Shown: piece after piece, positions 37,151-49,106 of the stretch
How the letters are laid out: every line of letters begins with the position of its first letter
Position numbering within the stretch: the stretch's first letter is position 1
NCBI RefSeq assembly: GCF_001447785.1
Contig: NW_015174376.1
Location: 42,041 to 101,983, forward strand
Direction: 5' to 3'
Length of the DNA stretch: 59,943 nucleotides
From: Gekko japonicus
Lineage: Eukaryota
Translations under genes and position numbers: made by a program
The notes under the pieces: model-generated
Seen by the model: only the letters and a program-made list of their open reading frames with translations
Database searches by the model: none
What the model was told of the DNA's origin: nothing

Positions 37151-39760
37151 AATTCACTGCCCTTACTACGCTCCAGTTTTCACATTGTCACTTTCTCTGC
37201 CCCCAAATTGGCCTGAGGAGTGCATGCTTCAAAGAAGGCTTGCTTTGCCCCATTGTCATCAGTTCCACTGAAATATTCCCCCCATATTTCTCCTCTAGCA
37301 TGGCTCTCTGGAATCTGATCAGAATTGAAGGATTTGTTCAAGCACAGGAGATTAAAAGTGAGAACTTAACCTTGCTGGAACTAAGAACAACTTTCTTCAA
37401 ATATTGTTCTGAACATGTAAATGGAAGAGATCTAATCTCTATGTTCACTGAATATGTCTCTCCCCCACCCTTGCATTATGATTTTTAAAAAAAAAATACT
37501 GGTCACCTGGATGGGGCATGAGGTTGGAATCAGAACAGGCAAACCAGACTGTCAGAAGCAAAACCTGATATTATCTGGCTCTTCGGATCCTGATAATAGT
37601 TATCTGACAGGTCATGGTTTTACAAATCAGAATGGTAAAATGTTGATTGATTGCACTTGGGAGTGCTAAGTGATTCCTTCCCCCTTCCTCCTTATACCAA
37701 TTTCACAGTATTTTCTGCACACACCTGCTTAGAAATATGAATAAAAATGTGGTCAAAGAACTGCAATACTTTTGGAGCTACTTCACAGCAGTGTATTAAC
37801 TGATGTGGGGGTACTGTCAAGTCAGAGGAAACAGAGAGAATTTATAGAATGCATAATCCAAATGCATCAAACTAGAAAGAGGTAACTTGATAGTAAGCAG
37901 ATGTTCCATGTGAAATGCCCTTGTGAATATGGATATAAGATGGAGAAATACTTTTTTTTTTCCTCTTTAGCATCATTAGGATTTGCAGGTCACAAAGGAC
38001 CAAATGAAATGGCTTTGGAAAAAGTTAGCAATGAATTTTATTTTTATCACATAATGTTAACATTTGATAGTGACAGTAATACAGGAGGTCTTCAACATGT
38101 GGCAATGGTTAGAAAAATGCCTATTTAAGACCTTTTAACTTAAGATGTATGGGAATGCTTTGGCCAAGAAACAATAAGGAAAAAGATGAATTCCTTCCAA
38201 TGCACCAGTGGTAATAACTTCCATTTCTTGGCTGGTTTTCTTTTGAGAGACAAATACTTTTAGGACTTGAAATATGATGTGAGTACTAAATACTAAATGT
38301 ATTTGCACAAATGACATTATTTCACAGACAGGAGGCAGGGTAGAAGATGTTAATAATATTTTGAAACTCCAGGAAGATATAAGTCAAAACTTGCATGCTT
38401 TAATGGAGATGCATGCCAAACCTCTTCCCCAGGAAGCCTATTAGCATTGACAGGCCAATGATTCATCTAAGCACATGTGATGTGAAGTATGGTCATTGTG
38501 TTCCGGAAAGGGACCTACAATGCTTGACTTTAGAATGCTTCTGAAATAGACAGACCTAAAATGCAGCACATGAATTTAGCCCTAATTTTCTACAGATTGT
38601 GAACCAATGGATCACTCCTTTCTTCTCCCTGCAGTCACACATCTACCTGCCCTTGTCCAACCATTTCTCTTTTCTTTCATCTCCACAGATTCTTGCCCCA
38701 TATACTTATTTTTTTAATTCCCCAATTTTATTGTCTATCTTTACCTCCTATACATCAATTTTTGGGCACCATTTGGAGTTGCTGTGACATTGCACTATTA
38801 TGGAATTTTGGTGTTTTCAGCAACCTAATTTTTATTTCACGTTTCATAATTTTATGCAAACCCAGTTTCTTTAGGGGGGGCTTTGCATAATTCTATACCC
38901 AAGCCCCATATGACCCTGCTGTGTAGATTTTTTTATCTGTACTGGTGGTGGTGGGGAGATATACATGGCTATTAGATACATAGATAATATTGTAACAACA
39001 TGTTGCCAGGGATAACTGTCATGTGCCAAGAGTCAGTGATGGGGCCTCTTCTATTCAATGAGCATTAGCAGATGTCCAATATGACAGTCCTTCACACAAG
39101 CAGTGCCTGAGTTTTATATTCTTTAGTGGAATCACTCCATAGTGAGGTGTTTGAGAAATGCAGCATAGAAATGAAACTTCAAATCAGTGGTTATATTTTC
39201 ATTGATTCCATTATACTTAGGTTTAGGTCATTTTGTATTGGAGTGACTTTTGAAAAAAAAAAATACTCTAGCTCCATTGGACATTCAGTCTTCATTACTA
39301 AGGACAATTGGCATGGTTTGTTCCACTTGGAAAGAGGAAGGACAAGACTGGCAAATCTATTGAAGGAGAATTGTTGTGCACTGGCAGATACCTGCAGGAG
39401 AAACTTGCACAACACCTGTGTCAGCTATAGCTGACTTGAATCAATTGCATTTGTCCCTCATTAAATTTACTCCCCCTCATTTTTATTTTTTATTTTATTT
39501 TTACTAAAAGCAAGCCAGGAATTTAAAAAGTTCTCTGTACATATTGGGAAAATGTTATATAAAAAGTGCTTTCTAAACTCCAGCTCAACATTTTGTCCTA
39601 TTAAACTGCCTCTGTCTTTCTGACATACAGAACAGAAAATTATTTTACTATACAATGCACCAAACATTTACTGCATTTCTTCCCCCTCTATCTATTTATA
39701 AGTATTTATATAATATCATTGTCTTCATTTTCCTACCTATTATTTAATCATGTTGTATAA

Positions 39761-39960
39761 AAAGGTAAAGGTTCCCTTGCTCGAAAGCCAGTCGAATCTG
39801 ACTCTAGGGTTGCAGTGCTTATCTCCATTTCAAAGCCAAAGAGCCAGCACTGTCTGAAGACGTTTCTGTGGTCATGTGGCCAGCATGACTAAACACCAAG
39901 GCGCACGGAACGCTGTTACCTTCCCACTGAAGTGGTACCTATTTATCTACTTGCATTCAC
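39761..39960 (-). mobile_element. Sauria SINE, 5'-truncated
   Basis: AAAGGTAAAGG (ACCTTT tail), CATGTGGCCAGCATGACT, GTACCTATTTATCTACTTGCA. Confidence 0.9.
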
Positions 39961-40205
39961 AGAACTGACCGACAAGGTGCTTCGCAGTACACTCTCCACA
40001 GGTGTGGAACACTTGCTTCAGGACTACATTCCATATATACAGTACTTGCACCAATCAGAGTCATTTTGCCAACTCATGGTGACATAGTTAATTGAGCTGA
40101 TGCAACCTAGTGCAACTTGCATCTGGTGACCCTGTCACATGACAGTCTTGCCTGTCACCTAGATCAGTTTAATCTGACATGTGTGCATCATTGGCTGTCA
40201 TCTTG

Positions 40206-41409
40206 CATACATATAATACAATATGCCGACATTGCCATCTCAGTTTCATAACTTCCAACTCCACTTTTCTCTTACATCTACTTTTTCCCCTTGCCACACA
40301 CCTTCCTCTCCTTTTGATCCCCCTCTTCATTTCTTTATGCATTTTCTCTATGGAGCCTTTCTTAACCAAGTCCAATGCTCTGGAATATCCTAAAGGTTTC
40401 TTCCGTCGACCTATTTGATTAGAACTGCTCTTTTTTCTTTTTATAAGTGAAGTTGGAGTGCCTTGTAATTCTATCTCATTGCATAAGTCTCCACAAGAAT
40501 TACACTCCTCTTCCAAATTCTGTAAACTCTGCGGAGCTTTCTCCTCGTCCCTCTGTTCTTGACGTCTTTCAACACAAATTTTCCAAGCAGTCTCCACAGC
40601 TTGTTGGATTTCAACTTGCAATTTTTTAAAAATTCTTCTATGGTAAGCTCCCCAATTTCAATATTGTCAAAGTTTCCTCCCTCCTCATTCTCTCCTGTTA
40701 GTACGGTCTCGTTATTCTCCGCCGTCGCCATTTTACTCAGTCTTTTCACGTATTTTATATCTCATCAGTCTTTTGCCCTTATTTTACTGCATTTATAAAG
40801 TAGGCTAATGTCGTGTTTACACTATCAATCTATCAAATAAAGTCCCAATCAGCATTTCTTCACTCCCCCGTTTATTCCATTTACTCCATTTACCTTTGAC
40901 TCCGTTCCTTTTCTTAGCTGCTTGCAAAGTTCCATAGTTGGAAAAATTCCTTCGGGGGTTATTTTAAAAAGTTTCTTCGCTAGTTTTAAGTTGAATCCTT
41001 TTCTTCTTCTTTTTTATATCTTCTTTTCCTCCTCCTTTTTGCTGTATATTCAATTTACTTGAATTAAAAGGATGGTTGGCTGCGGCTATGCAGGGCGTCC
41101 ATGCTCTATACCACAAACTGCTCCCGCTTCAGGGCAGTAATGGGCACCCCCCTCATTCCCAGTCAAGGGAGGGGCCAAAACAGAGCCTCCTGCTCTGAAC
41201 CTCTCTCTGGGAGGTCCGTTGGAGTTCTCCCAGCGACTGGGAGACTCCAAAAAGGAGCGGAAATGGTGCAGGTGGCTCAGCGCTAGCTTAGACCTCCCTG
41301 TCGCCATGCCGTGCCGAACTGGAAGTCCATGTATGATTTATTTTTTGTTAAGTTTACAATATTTCATTGTATTTTTATGTTGGAAAATCAATAAACAGAT
41401 TTTTTTTTA
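40206..41409 (-). mobile_element. Candidate non-autonomous L1-like element: 5' UTR and single ORF on minus (41328->40206), 3' UTR/tail on plus (41329-41409)
   Basis: CpG-rich 5' end GGACTTCCAGTT..CATGGCG; ORF from ATG 40731 with one frameshift in a homopolymer (~40625); 7-bp ATGTATG overlap at the inversion; AATAAA 41390. Confidence 0.6.
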
Positions 41410-41790
41410 AAGGGTAAACCTGCATAGAGCAAATTGCAGTAATCCAGCCTGGAAGTGACCATTGCATGGGTCACTGTAGCTAAATCCTGAGGACAGAGAT
41501 AGGATCTCAACAGCCTAATCTGCCTAAAATGGAAAAAGGCAGAGCTGGCAACTGCAGTAACTTGGGCCTCCATGGAAAGAGAGGCATCCAGCATTATTCC
41601 CAGGTTCCTCATTTTCTGGGCCAGCACAGCACCAAAGGCATCCCTTCCAGAGTGGGGAGCCTGCTGCTACCCACATCCCTTCCTCCCTGACTCAGGTACA
41701 GGACCTCTGTCTTTGATGGATTGAGCTTCAGTCGGCTCTGCCGTAACCATCCAGCCTCCAAAGCCTCTGCCAGATTACCTATGCAAACTA
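41410..41790 (-). mobile_element. L2 LINE fragment, upstream part of the 36125-36591 copy
   Basis: RNLGIMLDASLSMEAQV...DLATVTHAMVTSRLDYCNLLYAGLP. Confidence 0.88.
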
Positions 41791-41940
41791 TGCAAAAAGG
41801 TCAGGATTTTTTACCAAGGGTGCTATCATCATCAAAGCACCAATCCCCCTTTTTGTTTTGTTTTTAGTACAGTATGAGCTGTATTGATATTTACCACTAG
41901 AAAAGGGACTAGGCGTGCATGTGCACAAGAATCACCACAC

Positions 41941-42292
41941 TGTTGTTGTTGTTCAGTCGCACAGTCGAGTCCGACTCTTCGTGACCCCATGGATCATCTC
42001 CCGCCAGGCCCTCCTGTCTTCCGCCGTCCTCTGAAGTTGGCTCAATTTCATGTTCGTTGCATCAATGACACTGTCTAACCATCTCATCCTTTGCCGTCCC
42101 CGTCTTCTTTGACCTTCAATCTTTCCCAGCATCAGGGTCTTCTCCAGTGAGTGCTCCCTTCTCATTTGGTGGCCAAAGTATTTGAGCTTCAGTTTCATTA
42201 TCTGGCCTTCCAGGGAACAGTCAGGGTTGATTTCTTTGAGGATTGACTGATTTGTTCTTCTTGCAGTCCAAGGGACTCTCAAGAGTCTCCTC
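41941..42292 (-). mobile_element. RTE-BovB LINE 3' fragment with 110-bp flanking duplication
   Basis: RVPWTARRTNQSILKEINPDCSLEGQIMKLKLKYFGHQMRREHSLEKTLMLGKIEG; (CAA)n tail; duplicates at 41830-41939 and 42293-42403. Confidence 0.95.
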
Positions 42293-43464
42293 CATCAAAG
42301 CACCAATCCCCCTTTTTGTTTTGTTTTTTAGTACAGTATGAGCTGTATTGATATTTACCACTAGAAAAGGGACTAGGCGTGCATGTGCACAAGAATCACC
42401 ACATTACCCCTGTGGAAAAATACCCTTCACTCAAAGATGTCCCAACATTTGGATGTTTGGGCCTGCAGAGCGATTTTTTTAAGTTTTCCTGTCGACAAGT
42501 GGCAGGCAAAGGAAGAGCAGACAGTTGCTCACCCATCTAGTCAATTGAGTTCAATCAGCCAGTACTTAATATTTAGCTATGTAGATTTCTCTAGCAGGCC
42601 AAGAACAAGGAAGCAGGCCAACAGAGCTGCTCTGCAAAAATTCCTACAAGAGTCGAAAGTGATAACAAATACTCCCAAAAAATGCATAAAAAACCAAATT
42701 CCTTTTAAAAATATTTTATTTATTGTATTTTATTTATAGACTGCTCTCCCTGAAGCCGGCTCAGAGCAGGTAACATCAAACCATAAAATACAATTTTAAA
42801 AACCTCTAAAACAGCATATGATTACAATAAATACAGTAAAATACAATATAGATACAACATTTCTATAAAATTCCAGATGGCATTTGGATGGGCAATGTTC
42901 AGACAACTGTGAAGGGGAACAGGGGGCACACAAGGGGAGGGGAAAAGGAAGATGAGGTGGAGGCCATATTTGTTATCAGCTAGGGCCCCCATACAGCCCC
43001 CAACCACAGGCCCGGCAGAACAACTCTGTTTTGCAGGCCCTGCGGAATTGTACTAAATCCCACAGGGCCCTGTTCTCTCCTGGAAGAGTGTTCAACCAGG
43101 CCAGAGCCAAAAAAGCCCTAGCCCTGGTTGAGGACAAACAGATGCTCTTTGGGTGGGGGACCACCAGTAGATTTTGATCACTCAAGCGTCATGTTCTACA
43201 GGGGATGTACCAGGACAGGCAGTCCCAAAGGTATGGTGGTTCCTCACCGTTATGGCTTTAAAGGTCAGCACCAGAACCTTGAACTTGATCCAATCCACAA
43301 TTTGGACCCAGTGCAGCTGATAGAGCACCAGTTGGATATACACTCTAAAGGGTGTTCCTGTTAGGACTCTTGCAGCTAGATTTTGCACCAGTTTCATTTT
43401 CTGGATCAGCCTCAGGGGTAGCCCTACATAGAATGAGTTACAGTAATCCAATCTAGAGGTGACC

Positions 43465-44173
43465 TGTCATGGGCCAGCCTGCTTTAGCTGAAGAGCACTC
43501 AGCTGATGCTGATAACATCCCCGTCAGCACCTTTGAGATTCAACCAGCTAGTGCTGTCAATGACCCTGAGATGGTGGAGGCAGGTCCTAATGCCCCAGTT
43601 GCAAAGGACAGCATGCACTCCAGCCCCATGAGCACTGGGGACATGGAAGAGGCAACCCAGAGAGGCAGCACCTCAGCAACCCAAGATCTTGGGGAAACTT
43701 CACAGGCTGCCTCGCCTCACCTTTCCCCAGAGCCAGAGGAATGCAGGAGGAGGCGGGTGCGCTTGGAGCTCCTTGAGAGAAGGTGGAGTGCATGTCTTGC
43801 CGCCTGGCGACTGCCAAATCAAGAGGAATACCTGGGGTTAATTGACAGCTCTCTCGCAAGCAGCGAGACCCAGCAGTGAGCTGCCAAAGAAGACAGGGCT
43901 TTAGAGTGGGAAGGTGTGGGAGCAACTTGTCACCTTCATGGAGTCGTGAGACCACATTACCCAGACCTGTTTCTGGCTGCTACTCGTGAACCTTTGGATT
44001 TGACCCTGGGGATGCTTGACTATATATCTTGGACCTGCTCAGACTCTGCTTCTTGGACCCTCAGCTGGCTTCCCTTGTATACGACTCTTGGATTGAACTC
44101 TCGACTTACGCTTCTGATTAGTGATTCTGTCTTGTTCCCTTGGTCTCAGCTGAGTCTGCTCTGACCCAGGAAA
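43465..44173 (+). mobile_element. Solo LTR (Gypsy-like) containing a 136-aa ORF (43469-43879)
   Basis: Starts TGTCATG, ends CAGGAAA (~CAGGACA); 5-bp TSD TGACC at 43460-43464 and 44174-44178; interrupts the L2 exactly. Confidence 0.82.
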
Positions 44174-44182
44174 TGACCATTG

Positions 44183-45603
44183 ATTGTTTTACACAGTTTT
44201 TACATATTATCTTTTAACCATGCGTTTTCATAATAGTTTTTTCCCGCCCCCCCCCCCCCTCCCCCCTATGCTATCCCGGTGCTTTAGTCCTATATTCCCA
44301 GCCACGGGCACAAAGTCCGAATCTTGCTCTGAATGTCTTTTCTTCCTTCTGTCGGTATCCATTCCAGGTAGGTCTTCCACTTCATCGTGATCTCCGTAGT
44401 CTTGTCTTTCCATGTGGCCTTACGTTCCAGTTTTTCGATTATGTCGGACTGTATGAGATCAAACAAATAATTATGCCAGATTTCTACTGTCCATTTATTT
44501 TTGTTCTTCCAGCCTAGAGCTATTACTGCTTTGCCTGCTAGTATCATGGCTTTAAACAAAGCTTGGTTCTCTTTGCTTATTGCTGGATTACCTACTATAC
44601 TCATTAGCATTAAATTAAAGTTAATGTGTAATGATACTTTACATGTCTTATTTATAATTTGTAATATCTTTGTCCAGAATACTCTGACCTCTGGGCACTC
44701 CCACCACATATGGGAATACCATCCCTTCGATTGTTTACAATGCCAACATCTAGGGCTCATACCTGGGAACATGTTTGCAATTTGTGCTGGTGTTTTATAC
44801 CATTTGGTAAGAAATTTATGCTCCATTTCATTAAATTTGATTACTTTAATTTCCTCAGTTCCTTTCATTATTTTTCTTGCCATACTATCTGTTATCTGAC
44901 CTTCTTTGGCCCAAGTGTTTTGTAAATACAATATTGACTTATCTACATTTGATGTCATTTCCTTGTAAATTTTCCCTGCTAGCCCTTGTTTTGACTTTTG
45001 CATCTCTTTGTATAATGTTTCTATTGGTTCCTCTAGCCAACATTTCTCTTTTTCCTTTATCTTTTTAACCTTACTATACAGGCCAGTTATTCTTAACCAA
45101 TGTTGGTTGCCCACCTCTTCTATTATCTCCTGTATGGGTTTTAGATTGCCTCCTCTAAACATATCTTTCATCCTATAATACCCTTTAGCTTTTAGCCATT
45201 CCCACCATTCGTTACCTGTTATATCCTTGTTTATAGATTTTAATGGTGCCCAGCTTGAAGTTTTTCTTAGCCATAACTCCTGCCACTTATTCCACGCTTC
45301 TAAGGCTGCATGTCTGGGACCTTTGGTTAGTTTGAGGTCTATTTTTGTGACTTTGCAAAGAGGCCCCCAGCAGCCAATGTGATTATTGATCTCGTTCTCA
45401 AATCTAACCCATTTTTGCTCTTCCCCTTCGCCTATTTCTAATAGGGACTTTATTTGGAAGGCTTCATAATAGCTGTTAAGCTCCGGGACTCCCCACCCTA
45501 GCTCCCCTTTGGGACTATATATCAATCTCTTTTGGGTTCTGTACTTCTTGCTCCCAAATACCCATTCTCTAATCACTCTGTTCCATTGTTCTAGCTTTTT
45601 ACT
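44183..45603 (-). mobile_element. L1 LINE 3' fragment, uninterrupted ORF2 C-terminus (44290-45576)
   Basis: GELGWGVPELNSYYEA, WYKTP, zinc knuckle CWHC-x8-H-x4-C (CWHCKQSKGWYSHMWWEC), FW..I, IALGWK. Confidence 0.92.
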
Positions 45604-48600
45604 GTGTGCTTTGGACCTGCTCAGACTCTGCTTCTGGGACCCTCAGCTGGCTTCCCTTGTGTACGATTCTTGGACTGAACTTACGACTTACGCTTCTGGT
45701 TAGTGATTCTGTCTTGTTCCCTTGGTCTCAGCTGAGTCTGCTCTGACCCAGGAAATGACCATTGCATGGATTACCATGGCTAGGTCAGAGGACGACAGGT
45801 ATAAGGCCAACTGTTTGGCCTGGCGGAGATGGTAAAATGCCAGCTTAACCATCTTTGTGACTTGCGCCTCCATCGAAAGGGAGGCATCCAGGATCACACC
45901 AAAACTTTTGATGGATGGCTCAGCTGTCAATGGCATCCCATCAAGGGAGGGAAGTTGGCAACCCATTCCAGTCCCCCCTCCAGCCCAACCACAGGATCTC
46001 CATCTTTGCTGGATTTAGTTTCAGCCTACTCTGTTTTAGCCAACCAACCACAGCTTCCAAACCCCTGGCCAGATGGTCTGGGATGGCCTCCAGCTGGCCA
46101 CTCATCAGCAAATAGAGCTAGGTGTCATCAGAGTACTGGTGACACCCCAGTCCATGATCTTGCACCATCTGGGCAAGGGGGCACATAAATATGTTAAATA
46201 ACATTGGGGAGAGGATAGCCCCTTGGGGGACTCCACATACTAGTGGGTAAGACACCCCCTCCCCTAGCACCACCCTCTGTCCCTGACCTCGGAGAAAGGA
46301 AGTAAACCACTGTAACGCTGTCCCCCAGATCCCCACATCAGCAAGATGGTATGTCAGAAGATCGTATTTGACCAAGTCAAATGCTGCCAATAAGTCAAGC
46401 AATATCAGCAGCTCTGACCATGCCTTGATCCAACTGCCTGCAGACATCATCTGTGAGAGTGACCAAAGCCTTCTCCATCCCATGGCCAGGGTGGAACCTG
46501 GATTGGAAGGGATCCAAGGCCAAGGTTTCATCCAAGAAAGCCTGGAGCTGTACCACTACCTCTCTCTCAACTTCCTTTCCTAGGAACAGTAAGTTCAATA
46601 CTGGGTGATAGTTGGCCAGATCACTAGAATCTAAAGATGGCTTCTTCAAAAGCAGGTGAACCACTGCCTCCTTTAGACTCCCTGGGAAGACACCTGAACT
46701 CAGGGACAGATTTATAAATGTCCACCAGAGGAGCCTGCGTTCCATCACCACCAGCCTTAACGATCCATGATGGACACGGATCAAAGAGGCAAGTGGTGGG
46801 CTTCACAGTATCCAGCATCTTGTTTACCTCAGCCCATGCAAGCCAGCTGAATTAGTCCAACACTGCACCTGAAGATGGTCAAGGGATCTCTAGTTCACTT
46901 ACTGTATCAATATTAGTGGGCAGATCCTGGAGGAGCAACAAGACTTTATTCATGAAAAAACTCACAAATGCCTCACAGCTAATAGCCAAATAACTAATAT
47001 TTTGAGGTCTCTCTGTGAGGGACATTAAAGATCGAATTACCCTAAACAATTGTGCTGGGCAAGAGCTAGCAGATGCAATGGAGGCCATGAAGAAGTCCTT
47101 CTCCACTGCCTTCACTGCCATCTCATAGGCTTTCATAAACATCCTATAAGATGTTCTTGCAGCTTCGTCACGACTCTGCCACCAAGCTTGCTCTAGCCGT
47201 TTAAGCTTCCATTACATCCTCCTTAGCTCCTTGGTATACCAATGGGCTATTTTGGCATGGGAGCGCAGAGGACGTCAGGGAGTGATTTCATTGATGACTT
47301 CAGAAAATCGGCTGTGCCAGTCTTCTACCAGGTCATCTAAGAAACTGCCAGGGGGGATCAGATCCTGCAGAACATTCTGGAACCTTATTGGTTCCATAAG
47401 TCTCCACAGGTGGGGGGGGGCATGTGGTATCAAAGCACAGGTTCATCACAGGGAAAGTTTAAAACAAATAGAAGACTTATATACAGACTTGCCTACACAA
47501 GGGGTAGGGAAATCCCTCTTTCTATGGGTGAAGTGCAGGATTAGAGCATAACAACAGACAAGCACAAAGGCAAAGAGCAAAGGCTGAGTGGCTGGAAAGA
47601 GCAATGAGTACTCCTGTGCCTTCTGAAAGTGCAAGGAAGTAAATGGCTGCAGCAGAAAAAGAGAAGAAAAGAAAGAAAAAATCCAGGGCAAAGAAATAAA
47701 ATTTACGAACTACTGCAAGCACACAGGAAAACCAAAGACTGCTCCTGTGACTTCTGATAGAGATACATCATTATCAGGTCAGTATTGTTTTTAAAAAATA
47801 CTTTAAAATCTACCAATGCAAGGGATAAAAATTCCTAATTTCCAAGGCAGGAGAGCATAGGGCAAGGCTGTCCCATAGTCACGGTCCAGTCAGCAGAAAG
47901 GGAGCAGGAAGTGGGAGGAACCAACAAAACCCCAGGAAACATTATATATATGAACACAAATCCAATTGCTCAAAAAATATTGGGGTAAAAGTGTTCACAA
48001 AATAAGTAGGGGGGGGGGACTGGGAAAATGTGAGTTGAGAACTAACAGCTCAAAAGAACATGCAGAAGACAGGGGATCAACCAAAGCAATATGAGGCCAG
48101 AACCAATGAAATAATGTTGTGTGGAAACCCCCTCTATATGTTCATTTATAACTATGCATAATAAAATGTATTTTTAATATTTGTACAGTTTTGATGGCCT
48201 TCAGGTTCATGATAGTTTGGTAGCTTACTACCTTCCAAAAGTTTCTGAATGCTAAAATCAGCTCACTGTTCTAATTTTTTCTCCAGAATCATGAGAGCTA
48301 GAAGCTTTGTTTGGAATGACAAAAATGTATTCCAAGATCTATTCAAGATACCCAGTTTTTAGCAGTGCTGGTTCCAGCATGCAAAATAAACCTAGCCCCT
48401 TTTCAGGAGAGTCCATGGCAACTGTCCAGACAGGTTACAATACTATCAAATTCTAAAGCCTTTGCTTAAATAAAAGAAGTGGCTTGATCCTGGTTTCCTG
48501 TATAATTAAATAACAGAGATGGAACATGGCTATCAGCACTTTAGCATCATGGAATTCTTTAGGTCACCTGGCTAGGTTGAGGCACTGCACTGTGTTGCTT

Positions 48601-48926
48601 GGACTGTCACACTTTCAGCAAGATGCCAGCATTTGGTACTCGGAAACTGATTTTCACCCTCCTTGGAACTATTCCTTCAGAGTTCCTTTCCCTCCTCTGG
48701 CACTTTGACAATCCCTGCTGGGAGCTAGGGAGTGAGGTGCCATATATGCTGATGATACTAAATATTTCTTTTTTCTCAGCAGAGCTACAGAAGACAGAGA
48801 TGACTGAAGGGGGGACTGATCTTGGGAGTTGGTGGTATGCCTACTCTGGATGGGCTCACACTCTCATTGAAGCTGCATAGTTTGGGCCAGGAGTACTTTT
48901 GGTTCCAAGTGGCAGCCATGGTCAAG

Positions 48927-49106
48927 AATACTGGTTTGTCAGGTACGGCCTGTGACGATGTCTCAAGACCTTGACCCAGGAACAGTTACTATGAATCACC
49001 ACAACCACTTAGAGGTAATACTGGTTTGTCAGGTACGGCCTGTGATGATGTCTCAAGATCTTCTTGACCCAGGAACAGTTACAATGAATCACCACAACCA
49101 CTTAGA
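48927..49106. repeat. Tandem duplication, ~90-bp unit
   Basis: AATACTGGTTTGTCAGGTACGG...CAACCACTTAGAG twice. Confidence 0.92.

Larger units (their letters stand above)
42712..47430 (-). mobile_element. Long degraded L2 LINE (RT region to 3' tail), split by an LTR and an L1
   Basis: PTTC.FDPCPSW, FPGSLKEAVVHLLLKKPSLD, LILLDLLAAFDLV, CGVPQGAILSPMLFN, HQYSDDT, DYCNSFYVGLP; tail at 42712-42775. Confidence 0.92.

Noticed and set aside
37971-38023. Collagen-like exon (GFAGHKGPN) after a strong acceptor
   Set aside because: Only three Gly-X-Y triplets, weak donor, no companion exons.
43465-45755. Full-length LTR retrotransposon with two LTRs
   Set aside because: Only 154 bp is repeated, both repeats include flanking L2 bases, and the interior is L1 ORF2, not gag/pol.
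3528-49106. CRISPR-like repeat/spacer arrays among the direct repeats
   Set aside because: Only two adjacent units each, no spacers, no cas genes, vertebrate DNA.
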